From: a virus
Taxonomy: Duplodnaviria; Caudoviricetes
Virus record (IMG/VR): IMGVR_UViG_3300043602_000024
Span: 1-41,117 of that record
Strand: one strand, 5' to 3'
DNA length: 41,117 bases
Of this stretch, positions 24,628 to 34,061 are shown piece by piece; the stretch's first letter is position 1, and every line of letters starts with the position of its first letter. The translations under genes were made by a program, and so were the position numbers. A model generated the notes under the pieces. The model saw nothing but the letters and a program-made list of their open reading frames with translations. It made no database searches and was not told the DNA's origin.

Positions 24628-25020
24628 ATGGCGAAGAAAGGCGGACCGCAACCAGGGTCAGGACGTCCAAAGGGGAGACTGAACGACAGCACCCTGAAGA
24701 AGATTGCCGTCAGACGCTATTGGCTGAATCGACTCGCCAAAGATCAGGTCAAGCTCTACGACGCCCAGATTGCTCAAGCCTGCGGCACCAAGTTCCTCGT
24801 GGTCCGCGATAAAGCCTCTGGTAAGTTCACTCCGGTTAGTGAAGCCCAAGCCAAAATGCTGGCCTCGAGCGACAGCGAGGATGTAGTCGAAGTTTGGGAG
24901 CGTCCGCCGTCGACCCAAGCCTTCATTGCCCTCGCTGACCGAGCTCTCGATAAGCCGACAGAGCATACTGAGATAACAGGCGCTGAGAATGGACCATTGG
25001 TGATCAAATGGCAGGAGTAA
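24628..25020 (+). CDS. terS: Terminase small subunit
   Basis: GGPQPGSGRPKG N-terminus; LADRALDKP...EITGAENGPLVIKW C-terminus; upstream of terL. Confidence 0.8.
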   Translation: MAKKGGPQPGSGRPKGRLNDSTLKKIAVRRYWLNRLAKDQVKLYDAQIAQACGTKFLVVRDKASGKFTPVSEAQAKMLASSDSEDVVEVWERPPSTQAFIALADRALDKPTEHTEITGAENGPLVIKWQE

Positions 25021-25502
25021 TGTGCGCGTGTGGATGTGGTAAGCCTGCGCCGATTGCGCTCGATAGCGATAAGACTCGTGGCTATCGTGCCGGTCAACCG
25101 AGAACCTTTCGGCATGGGCATAATCGCCGCAAGTTTCCTGAAGGCCATCACTATTCGCAAGTAAGCTCTGGCGGCAAGCGTCTCCTCCATCGTGAACGTG
25201 CTGAGCGGGCGCTAGGGCGACCATTGCCGCGGACCGCAGTTGTGCATCACTTGGATGGCTCGAGGCGTGTCGATGCGCCCTTAGTGATTCTTGAGAACCA
25301 AGCCGAGCATATGCAACTGCACGCACGGATGCGCGTCGTGCAGGCTGGTGGCGATCCGTGGCGCGAAAGGATTTGCGGTCGTTGCCGGCGTCTCTTGGCG
25401 TTTGAGTCGTTCTGCGTCAACAAGACGAAGTATCTCGGTCGTCACGACACCTGCCGTCAGTGCATGTCCGAGCGTCGATATGCTAGTGACCGTTCCGTAT
25501 AA
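25008..25502 (+). CDS. HNH homing endonuclease between terS and terL
   Basis: CACGCG, HR..AE..LGRPL...VVHHLDG, HMQLH and a C-terminal CGRC/CRQC finger. Confidence 0.88.
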   Translation: MAGVMCACGCGKPAPIALDSDKTRGYRAGQPRTFRHGHNRRKFPEGHHYSQVSSGGKRLLHRERAERALGRPLPRTAVVHHLDGSRRVDAPLVILENQAEHMQLHARMRVVQAGGDPWRERICGRCRRLLAFESFCVNKTKYLGRHDTCRQCMSERRYASDRSV

Positions 25503-26760
25503 ACCCCGACAGTTCCAGCGAGAGATTCATGTGGCTCTCGCCGCGCATCGGTTTGGGGTCGTGGTGGCTCACCGGAGAATGGGCAAGAGCGTGTGCGCGG
25601 TGAATCATCTGATTCGCGCAGCGGTCTCCTGCACAAAAGAGCGCCCGAGGTTCGCGTATATTGCCCCCACTTACGCGATGGCGAAGCAAATTGTCTGGGA
25701 CTACGCGCAACACTATTCGGCCCCGATTCCTGGGGTGATGTTTAATCAATCCGAGTTGCGCGTGGACTATCCCAACGGGGGACAAGTGCGTCTCTATGGG
25801 GCCGACTCTCCCGACAGTTTAAGAGGGCTGTATCTCGATGGGTGCTGCCTAGATGAATACGGGCTCATGAGCCCGAGAGTCTACGGGGAAGTAATCCGGC
25901 CGGCGCTGTCAGACCGCACAGGGTGGGCGTTCTTCATCGGCACGCCGAACGGGAAGAACCAGTTTTACGACATCGTGGAGCACGCGAAGCGCGAGCCTGA
26001 TTGGTTCTTCGCGGAGTTCAAGGCCAGCCAGACCCACATCCTGCCGGCGAGCGAACTTGAAGCGGCAAGGCGGGACATGACCGCTGACGAGTATCAGCAG
26101 GAGTATGAGTGCAGCTTTGAGGCGTCAGTCAAAGGGGCCATCTACGCCGCAGAACTTGCCGCCTGTCGTGCTGCCGGCCGTGTCACGAGGGTCAACGTCG
26201 AGCCCTTGCTGCCCGTGGACACGACCTGGGACTTAGGGGTGGGGGACGCCACGGCCATCTGGTTTACGCAGTCCCTACGGTCTGGTGAGGTGAGGGTCAT
26301 TGACTACTATGAAGCCTCCGGAGAAGGACTGCCGCACTACGCGAGGGTCTTGCAAGAGCGTGGCTATCTCTACGGCCAGCACTGGGCCCCGCACGATATT
26401 CAGGTGAGAGAACTAGGGTCAGGGCGTAGTCGCCTTGAGACCGCGGCCACGTTGGGCATCAAGTTCAAGGTCTGCCCGAACATCCCGATTGAGGATGGGA
26501 TTCACGCCGCGAGGATGTTGTTCCCGGTGTGCTGGTTTGACGCTGACAAGTGCAAGGCGGGCTTAGAGGCGTTACAGCACTATCGCAGGGACTACAACAC
26601 TCGACTCAATGAGTTCAAAGACACGCCTGTCCATGATTGGTCGGAGCATGGCAGTTCAGCCTTTCGGTATCTCGCCGTGAGACAGCAGGCCCCGAAAGAG
26701 GCCAGGTCTCGGCCCTCAATGCCGGCGTTCCCGCAGACCGAGCATGGGTGGCTGTCATGA
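25480..26760 (+). CDS. terL: Terminase large subunit
   Basis: PYKPRQFQ, Walker A HRRMGKS, LRGLYLDG..LDE, IGTPNGKN and nuclease WDLGVGD motifs. Confidence 0.97.
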   Translation: MLVTVPYKPRQFQREIHVALAAHRFGVVVAHRRMGKSVCAVNHLIRAAVSCTKERPRFAYIAPTYAMAKQIVWDYAQHYSAPIPGVMFNQSELRVDYPNGGQVRLYGADSPDSLRGLYLDGCCLDEYGLMSPRVYGEVIRPALSDRTGWAFFIGTPNGKNQFYDIVEHAKREPDWFFAEFKASQTHILPASELEAARRDMTADEYQQEYECSFEASVKGAIYAAELAACRAAGRVTRVNVEPLLPVDTTWDLGVGDATAIWFTQSLRSGEVRVIDYYEASGEGLPHYARVLQERGYLYGQHWAPHDIQVRELGSGRSRLETAATLGIKFKVCPNIPIEDGIHAARMLFPVCWFDADKCKAGLEALQHYRRDYNTRLNEFKDTPVHDWSEHGSSAFRYLAVRQQAPKEARSRPSMPAFPQTEHGWLS

Positions 26761-27341
26761 ATCCCCTGGTGATTGCCTGCACGCCGACCCGGGCGATGGT
26801 CTCCTCAGGCTTCTGCTCTGACCTCCTCGCCCTCTGCAGAACGTCAGACCTGCGATGGGGTTGGACGCCTGAGGCGTCGTATCTCAGTAACCAGCGGACA
26901 CTCCTCGCTCGAGGCGCCTTGGAGCTTGGGGCGACCCATATCCTCTGGCTGGATAGCGATATGCGCTTCCCGCCATCGACCGTGGAAGGGCTCTTAGCGC
27001 GAGATGTCGCGATGGTCGGGGCGAACTACCGGAACCGGCAGAAGCCGGAGTGCTTCACGGCGCAGCGAGACCGAGCCTGGGTCTCGTCGGTCGGGCGACA
27101 TGGCGTCGAGGCCGTCGAGAGCATTGGGCTAGGCGTGACGCTGATACGCACGGATGTGTTCAGACTCCTCCCTGAGCCGTGGTTTCCGATTGAGTGGTCG
27201 GTCGAGCATCAAGGCCACATTGGCGAGGATGTGGGGTTCTGCCGACGAGCCGGCGCTGCGGGGATCAGCGTCTGGGTGGACCATGACCTCAGCCAGCACG
27301 TCTCGCACTTGGGTGAAACAGCGTTGACGGTGAGCGTATAA
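26757..27341 (+). CDS. GT-A (family 2-like) glycosyltransferase
   Basis: THILWLDSDM (DxD), GLGVTLI, GEDVGFC and VWVD...SHLG motifs; ATGA overlap with terL. Confidence 0.85.
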   Translation: MNPLVIACTPTRAMVSSGFCSDLLALCRTSDLRWGWTPEASYLSNQRTLLARGALELGATHILWLDSDMRFPPSTVEGLLARDVAMVGANYRNRQKPECFTAQRDRAWVSSVGRHGVEAVESIGLGVTLIRTDVFRLLPEPWFPIEWSVEHQGHIGEDVGFCRRAGAAGISVWVDHDLSQHVSHLGETALTVSV

Positions 27342-27353
27342 TGAGCCGCGCCG

Positions 27354-29591
27354 ATGGCTAAATACGACAAGGCGGACGATGAAAGCCTCCTCGAGCAAGC
27401 CCGAGACCGATTTGCCGCGGCAGCGGAAGCTGACGCCCAACAACGCAAGCGGGAAGAAGAGGACCTCCGGTTTTACGCCGGGGAGCAATGGCCGGAAGAG
27501 ATTAAGTCTCAGCGAGCCGGTCAACCTGGTGGCGCTGGACTCCCTGTCGTCCCTCCCCGACCTTGCCTCGTTATCAACAACACCAAGCAGCCTGTCCGTC
27601 AGGTTCTTAACGCTGAGCGAGGTGCTGACCTTGGAGTCGAGCTTGTCCCTGCTGACGATTTTTCCGGGGTGGGTGGAGTAACAGTCTCCGACGACGAGAT
27701 TGAGGTCCGGGAAGGGCTGATTCGTCGTATCCAGCGCCATAGTCACGCGCAAGCCGCGCATTCGTGGGCCTTTGAACGTGGCGTGATTGCGGGACGAGGG
27801 TATTGGCGGGTCTCGACCAAGGTCGTCAACGAAGAGTCCGGGGATCAGGAAGTCCAGATCCTCCGCATCTTCAATCAAGCCAACGTGATGCTCGACCCGA
27901 GCCACGAGGAGCCAGACGGGTCAGATGCCCGATGGGCGTTTGTGTTCACCGACCTGTCGTGGGACTCGTTCTGCGCCGAGTTTGGCGAGGACAACGAGAC
28001 CTATAAGACGGGCTATGGAGCGGACGATTGGCGCACGTTGATGCAGGATGCCCCGGCGTGGTTCAAGGAGACCGACGGCAAGCGAGCGGTCAGGGTTGCG
28101 GACTACTACTACAAGACCACGGAAGGGGCGAAGCCGGCGAAGGGCAAGACGCCTGCAGACCCGGGTAAGACCGTGGTCAAGTGGGTCAAGCTGACTGGGT
28201 GCGAGGTCTTGAGCCGCACCGAGTGGGCGGGCAAATACATCCCGATTGTGAAGGTTGTCGGGGAAGAGATTCAGCCGTTTGACGGGGATCGGCGCGTGGA
28301 GGGTCTCATCAGGCCGGCGCGTGACCCGCAGATGCTGTTCAACTACATGGTCTCGGCAGAGGCTGAGACGATTGGTCTCGCTCCTCGAGCGCCGTTCATC
28401 GGGTATGCGGGGCAGTTTGAGGGCTACGAGAAGTTCTGGGAGCAGGCGAACACGCGGAACCTGCCGTATCTCGAAGCCAACGCGATGACAGAGGGGACGC
28501 CTCCCGGGACCGTCCTCCCGATCCCCCAACGGAACGCGATTGAGCCGCCGATTCAGGCCATCTCTCAGGCGATCCAGCAGGCCCGTCAAGGCATCTTGAA
28601 CACGACGGGGATACCTGAGGCCAGTCTCGGCAACGTCGACCCGTCCTTGAAGTCTGGGAGGGCCATTAGGGCACTGCAGATGCAGGCCGAGCACGGGTCC
28701 AGCAACTACCTCGACAATCTGGCGCGGTCGATTGCGTATGAGGGGCGGATCATCAACGACCTGCTGCCCAAGATTTACGACCGGCCGGGGCGGCTGCTGA
28801 AGATTGTCAACAACCAGAACACGGCGGAAGGCGTGATGCTGGCTCCTGAGGATGGGAGCCCAATGCCGCCCGGATTGGTGCCTCCTGGACAGCCTATCCC
28901 GCAAGGCGCACCGAAGCCGCCGAAGGTCATTCGACTGACGGCCGGCGAGTTTGATGTCTCTGTGAAGGTTGGGAAGTCGTTTGATAGTCGCCGGGAAGAG
29001 GCCGGGACGAGCCTTGCGGAAGTCTTGACCTCACAGCCCAATCTCTTCCCTGTCTATGCGGACCTCTGGTTTGCGACCCAGACCTGGCCGGGGGCGAGAC
29101 AAGCCGAGAAGCGGGCCAAGGAGTTACTTCCCCCGCAGATCAAGCAAGCCGAGCAGCAGGAGGGTCTCGACCCTCAAGCCCAAGTCCAGATGCTGCGTGG
29201 GGAACTGCAGAAGAACGCGCAGATGATTCAGGCCCTCTCTGGCGAGCTGAAGCAGCGTGTGTCGCAGATTGAGACCGACGAGGTGAAGCAGCGAGCGGAC
29301 ACCGAGCGGACGAAGATGGAGATTGAATCTCGTGAGCGGATTGCGGCGATGAACAACGAGGCCAGTCTGATTGAGACCGACGCGAAGCTGAAGAGTCAGG
29401 GCGCGATTGAGATTCTCCGGGCCCAGGTGGCTGAGCTCGAGCGCCGGCAGAACTACATGATTGACCAGCAGACGCTTGGGGCTCAACAGCAGCACGAGCA
29501 GTCGATGGCCGAGATGGGCCAACAGCACGACATGAACCTGCAGCAGCAGCAAGCGGACCTTGCGCCTGAGCCGACCGGCGAAGAGGTATGA
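27354..29591 (+). CDS. Portal protein (P22-like)
   Basis: EDLRFYAGEQWP, RPCLVIN, YIPIV, GLIRPARDPQ..FNY, SGRAI and LPPQI motifs; C-terminal barrel coiled coil. Confidence 0.96.
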   Translation: MAKYDKADDESLLEQARDRFAAAAEADAQQRKREEEDLRFYAGEQWPEEIKSQRAGQPGGAGLPVVPPRPCLVINNTKQPVRQVLNAERGADLGVELVPADDFSGVGGVTVSDDEIEVREGLIRRIQRHSHAQAAHSWAFERGVIAGRGYWRVSTKVVNEESGDQEVQILRIFNQANVMLDPSHEEPDGSDARWAFVFTDLSWDSFCAEFGEDNETYKTGYGADDWRTLMQDAPAWFKETDGKRAVRVADYYYKTTEGAKPAKGKTPADPGKTVVKWVKLTGCEVLSRTEWAGKYIPIVKVVGEEIQPFDGDRRVEGLIRPARDPQMLFNYMVSAEAETIGLAPRAPFIGYAGQFEGYEKFWEQANTRNLPYLEANAMTEGTPPGTVLPIPQRNAIEPPIQAISQAIQQARQGILNTTGIPEASLGNVDPSLKSGRAIRALQMQAEHGSSNYLDNLARSIAYEGRIINDLLPKIYDRPGRLLKIVNNQNTAEGVMLAPEDGSPMPPGLVPPGQPIPQGAPKPPKVIRLTAGEFDVSVKVGKSFDSRREEAGTSLAEVLTSQPNLFPVYADLWFATQTWPGARQAEKRAKELLPPQIKQAEQQEGLDPQAQVQMLRGELQKNAQMIQALSGELKQRVSQIETDEVKQRADTERTKMEIESRERIAAMNNEASLIETDAKLKSQGAIEILRAQVAELERRQNYMIDQQTLGAQQQHEQSMAEMGQQHDMNLQQQQADLAPEPTGEEV

Positions 29592-30028
29592 GATTCGATC
29601 CGACGAGTCTGATTCCGTTGGGCACGTTGGCTCGTGGGGATATTCGCTTACCGCGTGAGGACATTCGTCTACCGAAGCAGACGATCCTTTCGCCAGAGGC
29701 CGAGGCCTTGTTTCAAGCGTGGTATGCCGACGCCGCGCATAAGCTGCAGATCAACCCAAACCCAGACGACCCCGCGCACCATTACGACTATCGTCAGGCG
29801 TTTCAGAAGGGTGTGCGAGTGCCGCCAAATCCGCCGGCTGGCTGGCATTTCCCATCTGATGCGGGGAAGGCTGACGACCATCCGAATGCGGTGGTAGGCG
29901 GGTTTGATACGCGCACCGGTCAACGGGTGCCGGGCACGCCGCGAGCGAAGAGCGTGCAGGAGCTCATCGACCAAGGCTGGTCGCCTGCGTCAGCGGTGCG
30001 GCTGATGCGAACGCCGGAGCCGAAGTAA
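29588..30028 (+). CDS. Hypothetical protein (FQAW...YDYR...HFPS...K..DHP)
   Basis: GAGG SD and ATGA overlap with the portal gene. Confidence 0.75.
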   Translation: MRFDPTSLIPLGTLARGDIRLPREDIRLPKQTILSPEAEALFQAWYADAAHKLQINPNPDDPAHHYDYRQAFQKGVRVPPNPPAGWHFPSDAGKADDHPNAVVGGFDTRTGQRVPGTPRAKSVQELIDQGWSPASAVRLMRTPEPK

Positions 30029-30033
30029 TGCGG

Positions 30034-30062
30034 TTGCGTCATTCGCCCAATGTGTCTAAGAT
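30034..30062 (+). promoter_or_regulatory. Sigma70-like promoter for scaffold/coat genes
   Basis: TTGCGT-17-TAAGAT in the intergenic gap. Confidence 0.55.
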
Positions 30063-30074
30063 AGGCGTCGATTC

Positions 30075-31064
30075 ATGCGAGCGGTAGCTGAAGTCCCCGA
30101 GAATCATCCCGCGTTTGCTCAACCGAGCGAACCGACGCCGCCCGTTTCTGAGGTGCAGACCTCTGCGCCGGTTGAATCTGTTCCAGAGCCTGAGTCCGTT
30201 GCTGAGCCTGAACAGCCCAAAGAGCCTGTTGCTGCGGCTCCTGTCGAGTCTGAGGACGCGATTGAAGAGGGCGCGGTCTACTTCCGCAAGAAGGACGGGA
30301 CGTTCCGGAAGGCGACGAAGAAAGAAGCGATGGGCGAGTTATTCGCCCGAGTCAATACGCTGACCGGACGGCTACGTGGGACCGAAGAAGAACTGCGCGG
30401 GACCAAAGAAGCCTTACAGCGAGCACGTCCTGAGTCTCAACAGCCCGCTACGCAGCCTGTTGTTGATGTCGGCGACCCTGAGCCAAGTCTTGAGCAGTTC
30501 GTCAACGAAGCCGACCCCTACAAGGCGTATATTGCCGCGCAGGCCCGATGGGCGGCGCGTGACGAGCGCAGGTCGTGGGAGCGCGAGGCCTCGGCGAAGC
30601 AGGCGAGTCAACAGACGGTGCAACAGTTCCAAGCCCGAGCGGAGCAATTCCGCGGCGAGCACCCGGACTACGACGAGGTGCTACGGGCGAATAATCTCGA
30701 TGTGACGCCGTTGCTGCATCATGTCATCACGACGGATGAGCACGGGCCGGCCATCGCTTACTATCTCGGATCACACCCTGACGTCGCCTATGAGCTGGTG
30801 CTGCAGACCGCAAGTCTGCCTGCTCAAGGGCCGCACGCCGAGGTTGTGAGACGGTTACTGACTACCAGGATGTCGGCTGCTGGTTCGACTGGATCAGCCC
30901 GTCCTGCGGTTCGTTCATCTGCGCCCCCTCCGCTAAATCCAGTGCGGACGGTGTCGCCAGCTCTGGACGAGCCACCGTTGACGGGGAATGAGTCGTTTTC
31001 CGAGTTTGTGCGGAAGGGAAACGATCAGGACCGCAAGCGACGGGAGTCTCGATTCGGAGCCTAA
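30075..31064 (+). CDS. Scaffolding protein
   Basis: Acidic P/E-rich N-terminus; HPDYDEV, GPAIAYYLGSHP and SSAPPPLNPV motifs; precedes the coat gene. Confidence 0.9.
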   Translation: MRAVAEVPENHPAFAQPSEPTPPVSEVQTSAPVESVPEPESVAEPEQPKEPVAAAPVESEDAIEEGAVYFRKKDGTFRKATKKEAMGELFARVNTLTGRLRGTEEELRGTKEALQRARPESQQPATQPVVDVGDPEPSLEQFVNEADPYKAYIAAQARWAARDERRSWEREASAKQASQQTVQQFQARAEQFRGEHPDYDEVLRANNLDVTPLLHHVITTDEHGPAIAYYLGSHPDVAYELVLQTASLPAQGPHAEVVRRLLTTRMSAAGSTGSARPAVRSSAPPPLNPVRTVSPALDEPPLTGNESFSEFVRKGNDQDRKRRESRFGA

Positions 31065-31084
31065 CCCTAGTTTAGGGAGGGCTC

Positions 31085-32329
31085 GTGGCCAATAATTTCA
31101 TTACGCCGACATGGGTCGTCAAGGAAGTCGGACGACTCGCGATCAACTCACTCAAGTTCGCCGCTAATTGCACCCGGGAATACTCGTCAGACTTCAAGGC
31201 TGGCGGGGCCAAGGTGGGTGCGACCATCAACCTGCGCTTGCCGCAGCGGTTCCAGACGGTCAAGGGCCAAGCCTTTAGCGGGCAGGCTATCAACGACCAG
31301 ATTGTGCCGGTCAGCATCACCGACCAGGCGCAGATTGGCATCTCGTGGTCGACGTTTGATGCGACCCTGAGTGTCGAGAACGTGCGGGACCGGTATATCC
31401 GGCCGGCAGCGACACAACTCGCCAATACGATTGATTTCGACGGTCTGTCGCGGTGTTCGCTCGACGTGTTTCACTCGGTGGGCACCGTTGGCGTGACCCC
31501 GACCTCGGTCCAGACCTACCTCGATGCCGTGACGAAGCTCCGGAACGTCGGCGCTCCCGATGACGGCCTCGTGGCGATTCTCAATCCTCAGGCTCAGGCC
31601 ACGTTGGTGGGCAACACGACAACGGTGTTCAACCCGACCGCGGCCATCTCGAGCAACTGGCGCAAGGGTCAGTTCGGGAACATGCAACTGGGCATCGACC
31701 AGTGGTATTACGACCAGAACGTCCTGATTCGGACCACGGGTTCGTTTACCACGGCGACCCCGCTGGTCAATGGGACCACGGCGCAAGGCGCGACCAGCCT
31801 CGTGACGGACGGTTGGGCGTCGGGCGCGTCGACCTTGAACAAGGGCGACAAGTTCACGATTGCCAACGTCTACGAGATCAACCCGCAGAACTACTCGTCG
31901 ACCGGACAGCTGCAGCAGTTCGTCGTGACCCAGACGATTTCGGACACGACGGGTGCGATGACGATTCAGGTGCAGCCGGCGATGATTTCGTCGGGGAACC
32001 TGGCGACCATCTCGGCGATGCCGGCCAACGATGCGGCCATCATCCCGGTCGGGTCGACCATCACGACGAGCTCTGGCGCGATGACCGCCACGGCGACCTC
32101 GCAGAACCTCGTGTATCACCCTGACGCCTTCGTGCTGGCGTTTGTGGACGCCGATGCGGACCTGGCCGGCGCGGACGTGGCGATGGTGAGTGCGCCGGAC
32201 CTCGGCTTCTCGTTGCGGTATGTGCGTCAATACAACGCGCAGACCGACCAGAAGATTTCGAGGATCGATTGCTTCTACGGGTGGAAGAGCTTCAGGCCCG
32301 AGTGGGCCTGTGTCGTCAACGGCGCGTAG
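31085..32329 (+). CDS. Major capsid (P22 coat family)
   Basis: MANNFIT, KVGATINLRLP, YIRPAATQLAN.ID, GDKFTIA and RIDCFYGW...RPEWA motifs; GGGAGG SD. Confidence 0.95.
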   Translation: MANNFITPTWVVKEVGRLAINSLKFAANCTREYSSDFKAGGAKVGATINLRLPQRFQTVKGQAFSGQAINDQIVPVSITDQAQIGISWSTFDATLSVENVRDRYIRPAATQLANTIDFDGLSRCSLDVFHSVGTVGVTPTSVQTYLDAVTKLRNVGAPDDGLVAILNPQAQATLVGNTTTVFNPTAAISSNWRKGQFGNMQLGIDQWYYDQNVLIRTTGSFTTATPLVNGTTAQGATSLVTDGWASGASTLNKGDKFTIANVYEINPQNYSSTGQLQQFVVTQTISDTTGAMTIQVQPAMISSGNLATISAMPANDAAIIPVGSTITTSSGAMTATATSQNLVYHPDAFVLAFVDADADLAGADVAMVSAPDLGFSLRYVRQYNAQTDQKISRIDCFYGWKSFRPEWACVVNGA

Positions 32330-32359
32330 TTTCAGGACGAAGGGAGACGGAGCACACAC

Positions 32360-32956
32360 ATGGCGATTACCAACACAACTCTCTCAGCGGCCTGCGGGCT
32401 GAACGACACGACCATCGCGGTCACGGCGACGACGGGCTTTGCGGTCGGCAACATCATTCGCGTGGATAGCGAATTCATGGTGCAGACGGCGGCTGCGGTC
32501 GGTCTCGTGGTCCCGGTGCGTCGAGGCGGTCAGAACGGCACGGATCAGTTCGCGCACCCGATTCTCGCCTCTGTGGCGACCGGGTTGGCGTCTGACCAGC
32601 CGTATCCAACACCTGGGGCCTTGAACAACCCGCCCTCGTTGACACGGCAGATTGTGTCCTACGGTGCCTCTGGGGCGATTACGCCTCCGGTGGTGGACAC
32701 GATTGTGATGCTCAACAAGGCGACCGCGGGTGTAATGACCCTCGAGGCCCCGTCTGGCCTCGTGGACGGCACGATGGTCATCATCTACAGCAACACTGCG
32801 GCGGCGCACACGGTCACGTATACGGCGGGGTTCCACGGGGACACCACGTCGTCGGACGTGGCGACGTTTGCGGCGACGGCCGGCAACTCGATGACGATCA
32901 TGGCATCTCGCGGCGTCTGGGGCGTCATCTGCACCTCTGGCGTCACGATTGCGTAA
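32360..32956 (+). CDS. Head decoration/cement protein
   Basis: Follows the coat gene; TTLSAA...IRVDSEFM...RG..GT...H domain plus a second beta domain. Confidence 0.7.
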   Translation: MAITNTTLSAACGLNDTTIAVTATTGFAVGNIIRVDSEFMVQTAAAVGLVVPVRRGGQNGTDQFAHPILASVATGLASDQPYPTPGALNNPPSLTRQIVSYGASGAITPPVVDTIVMLNKATAGVMTLEAPSGLVDGTMVIIYSNTAAAHTVTYTAGFHGDTTSSDVATFAATAGNSMTIMASRGVWGVICTSGVTIA

Positions 32957-32977
32957 GTTCTCGCTCTCGGCGTTTGG

Positions 32978-33005
32978 GACGGTCTCGGCTTCGGCCGGGG
33001 CCGTC
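32978..33005 (+). terminator. cUUCGg hairpin after coat/decoration genes (terminator or mRNA stabiliser)
   Basis: 12-bp stem gacggtctcggc/gccggggccgtc; no clear U-tract. Confidence 0.55.
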
Positions 33006-33057
33006 TCACTACTCGGTCTGTGGTCCGTGTCCTACGGGCCGCTGGTGGTGATGACCT

Positions 33058-33390
33058 ATGAGTGAAGACATCTATCCGCGCATGGTGTATCAGCCGTTTG
33101 AGAACGACCGCGGTCAAGTTGCCGTGAGGTATCGCGTGGTGGACAACCGAGCGGCCTATGACGCCCTTGGTGGCGGGTGGTATCCCGGTCCTGACCTCGC
33201 CCTCAATGCCTACGACAGGCAGCAGGAGGCGATTGGAGAGGCCGCGGCACACCGGGCCTACGTGGACCGGAACATGAGTGCGACGGCGCTCCTCGAGGCG
33301 GCAGCGGTCGAGGACAGCACGCGGGTCCATGTGGCGGAGATCCCTGAGACGAAGCGCCGGCCGGGTCGGCCGCGAAAGGTGGTCGCGTAA
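33058..33390 (+). CDS. Hypothetical head-region protein with AT-hook-like tail
   Basis: YPRMVY...GW N-terminus and KRRPGRPRK C-terminus. Confidence 0.75.
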   Translation: MSEDIYPRMVYQPFENDRGQVAVRYRVVDNRAAYDALGGGWYPGPDLALNAYDRQQEAIGEAAAHRAYVDRNMSATALLEAAAVEDSTRVHVAEIPETKRRPGRPRKVVA

Positions 33391-33641
33391 TGTCGATGAA
33401 CACGACCTATAACGTCTGGAACGATGTCGTCCCGAGTGACACGGTGGACATTGCGACGACTCCGAAGCTAACCGATGCGGTCTATGTCGGTGAAGGCGGG
33501 GATCTCGTGGCCGTGGCACAGAACGGGCGGGCGACGACCTTTGTCGGGGTGCCGACAGGGATGGTGTTGCCGGTGATTATCAAGCGGGTCAACAGCACGG
33601 ATACGTCCGCGGCGTCCATTGTGGCGCTGAACGCGGTCTAG
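33390..33641 (+). CDS. Head spike base protein (RcGTA Rcc01079-like)
   Basis: VVPSDTVD...AVYVGEGGDL...TFVGVPTG.VLPV..KRV..T.TSAASIVAL pattern. Confidence 0.8.
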   Translation: MSMNTTYNVWNDVVPSDTVDIATTPKLTDAVYVGEGGDLVAVAQNGRATTFVGVPTGMVLPVIIKRVNSTDTSAASIVALNAV

Positions 33642-33650
33642 GGGGTTCCT

Positions 33651-34055
33651 GTGGCAGGCTTCGTAACGAATGTGGGCTCTTCGGGGCTCCTCTCAGGCGG
33701 CACGATTACATGGGCGTCGGACACGATCATGGCGCGTCTCACGGCGTCGTCGTTTACGCCCGATCAAGACAACACGTCGATGACCGGGTATACCGCCATC
33801 GGCACGGATGTTACGTTGGGCGCGAAGCAGAAGGCGACCAACACGACCGACAACCGTATTCAGTTCACGAATACCGCGGACCTCGTATGGACGGCGGTGG
33901 CTTCTGGGACGGTGCGGTGGGTCACGATTTACAAGTTTGTGACCAATGACGAGGGCTCGACACCGATTGCCATCATCGACATCACGTCGTGTGTGGCGAA
34001 CGGGTCGGACATCACGTTGCCGGCGCAAACGGCACTGTTCTACTCGCAGCAGTAG
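33651..34055 (+). CDS. Fibre-associated connector protein A
   Basis: DTIMARL, TLGAK, IYK and STPIAIID motifs; paralogue of 36607-37095. Confidence 0.7.
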   Translation: MAGFVTNVGSSGLLSGGTITWASDTIMARLTASSFTPDQDNTSMTGYTAIGTDVTLGAKQKATNTTDNRIQFTNTADLVWTAVASGTVRWVTIYKFVTNDEGSTPIAIIDITSCVANGSDITLPAQTALFYSQQ

Positions 34056-34061
34056 GCGAAG

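Noticed and set aside
25291-25479. 63-aa N-terminal extension of TerL from the ORF track
   Set aside because: It overlaps the HNH gene in another frame; TerL similarity begins at MLVTVPYKPR (25480).
27129-32836. Long minus-strand ORFs (27129-27905, 27921-28904, 31187-32359 and similar)
   Set aside because: Codon-aligned shadows of portal and coat genes in high-GC DNA, with no motifs, RBS or coupling at their ends.
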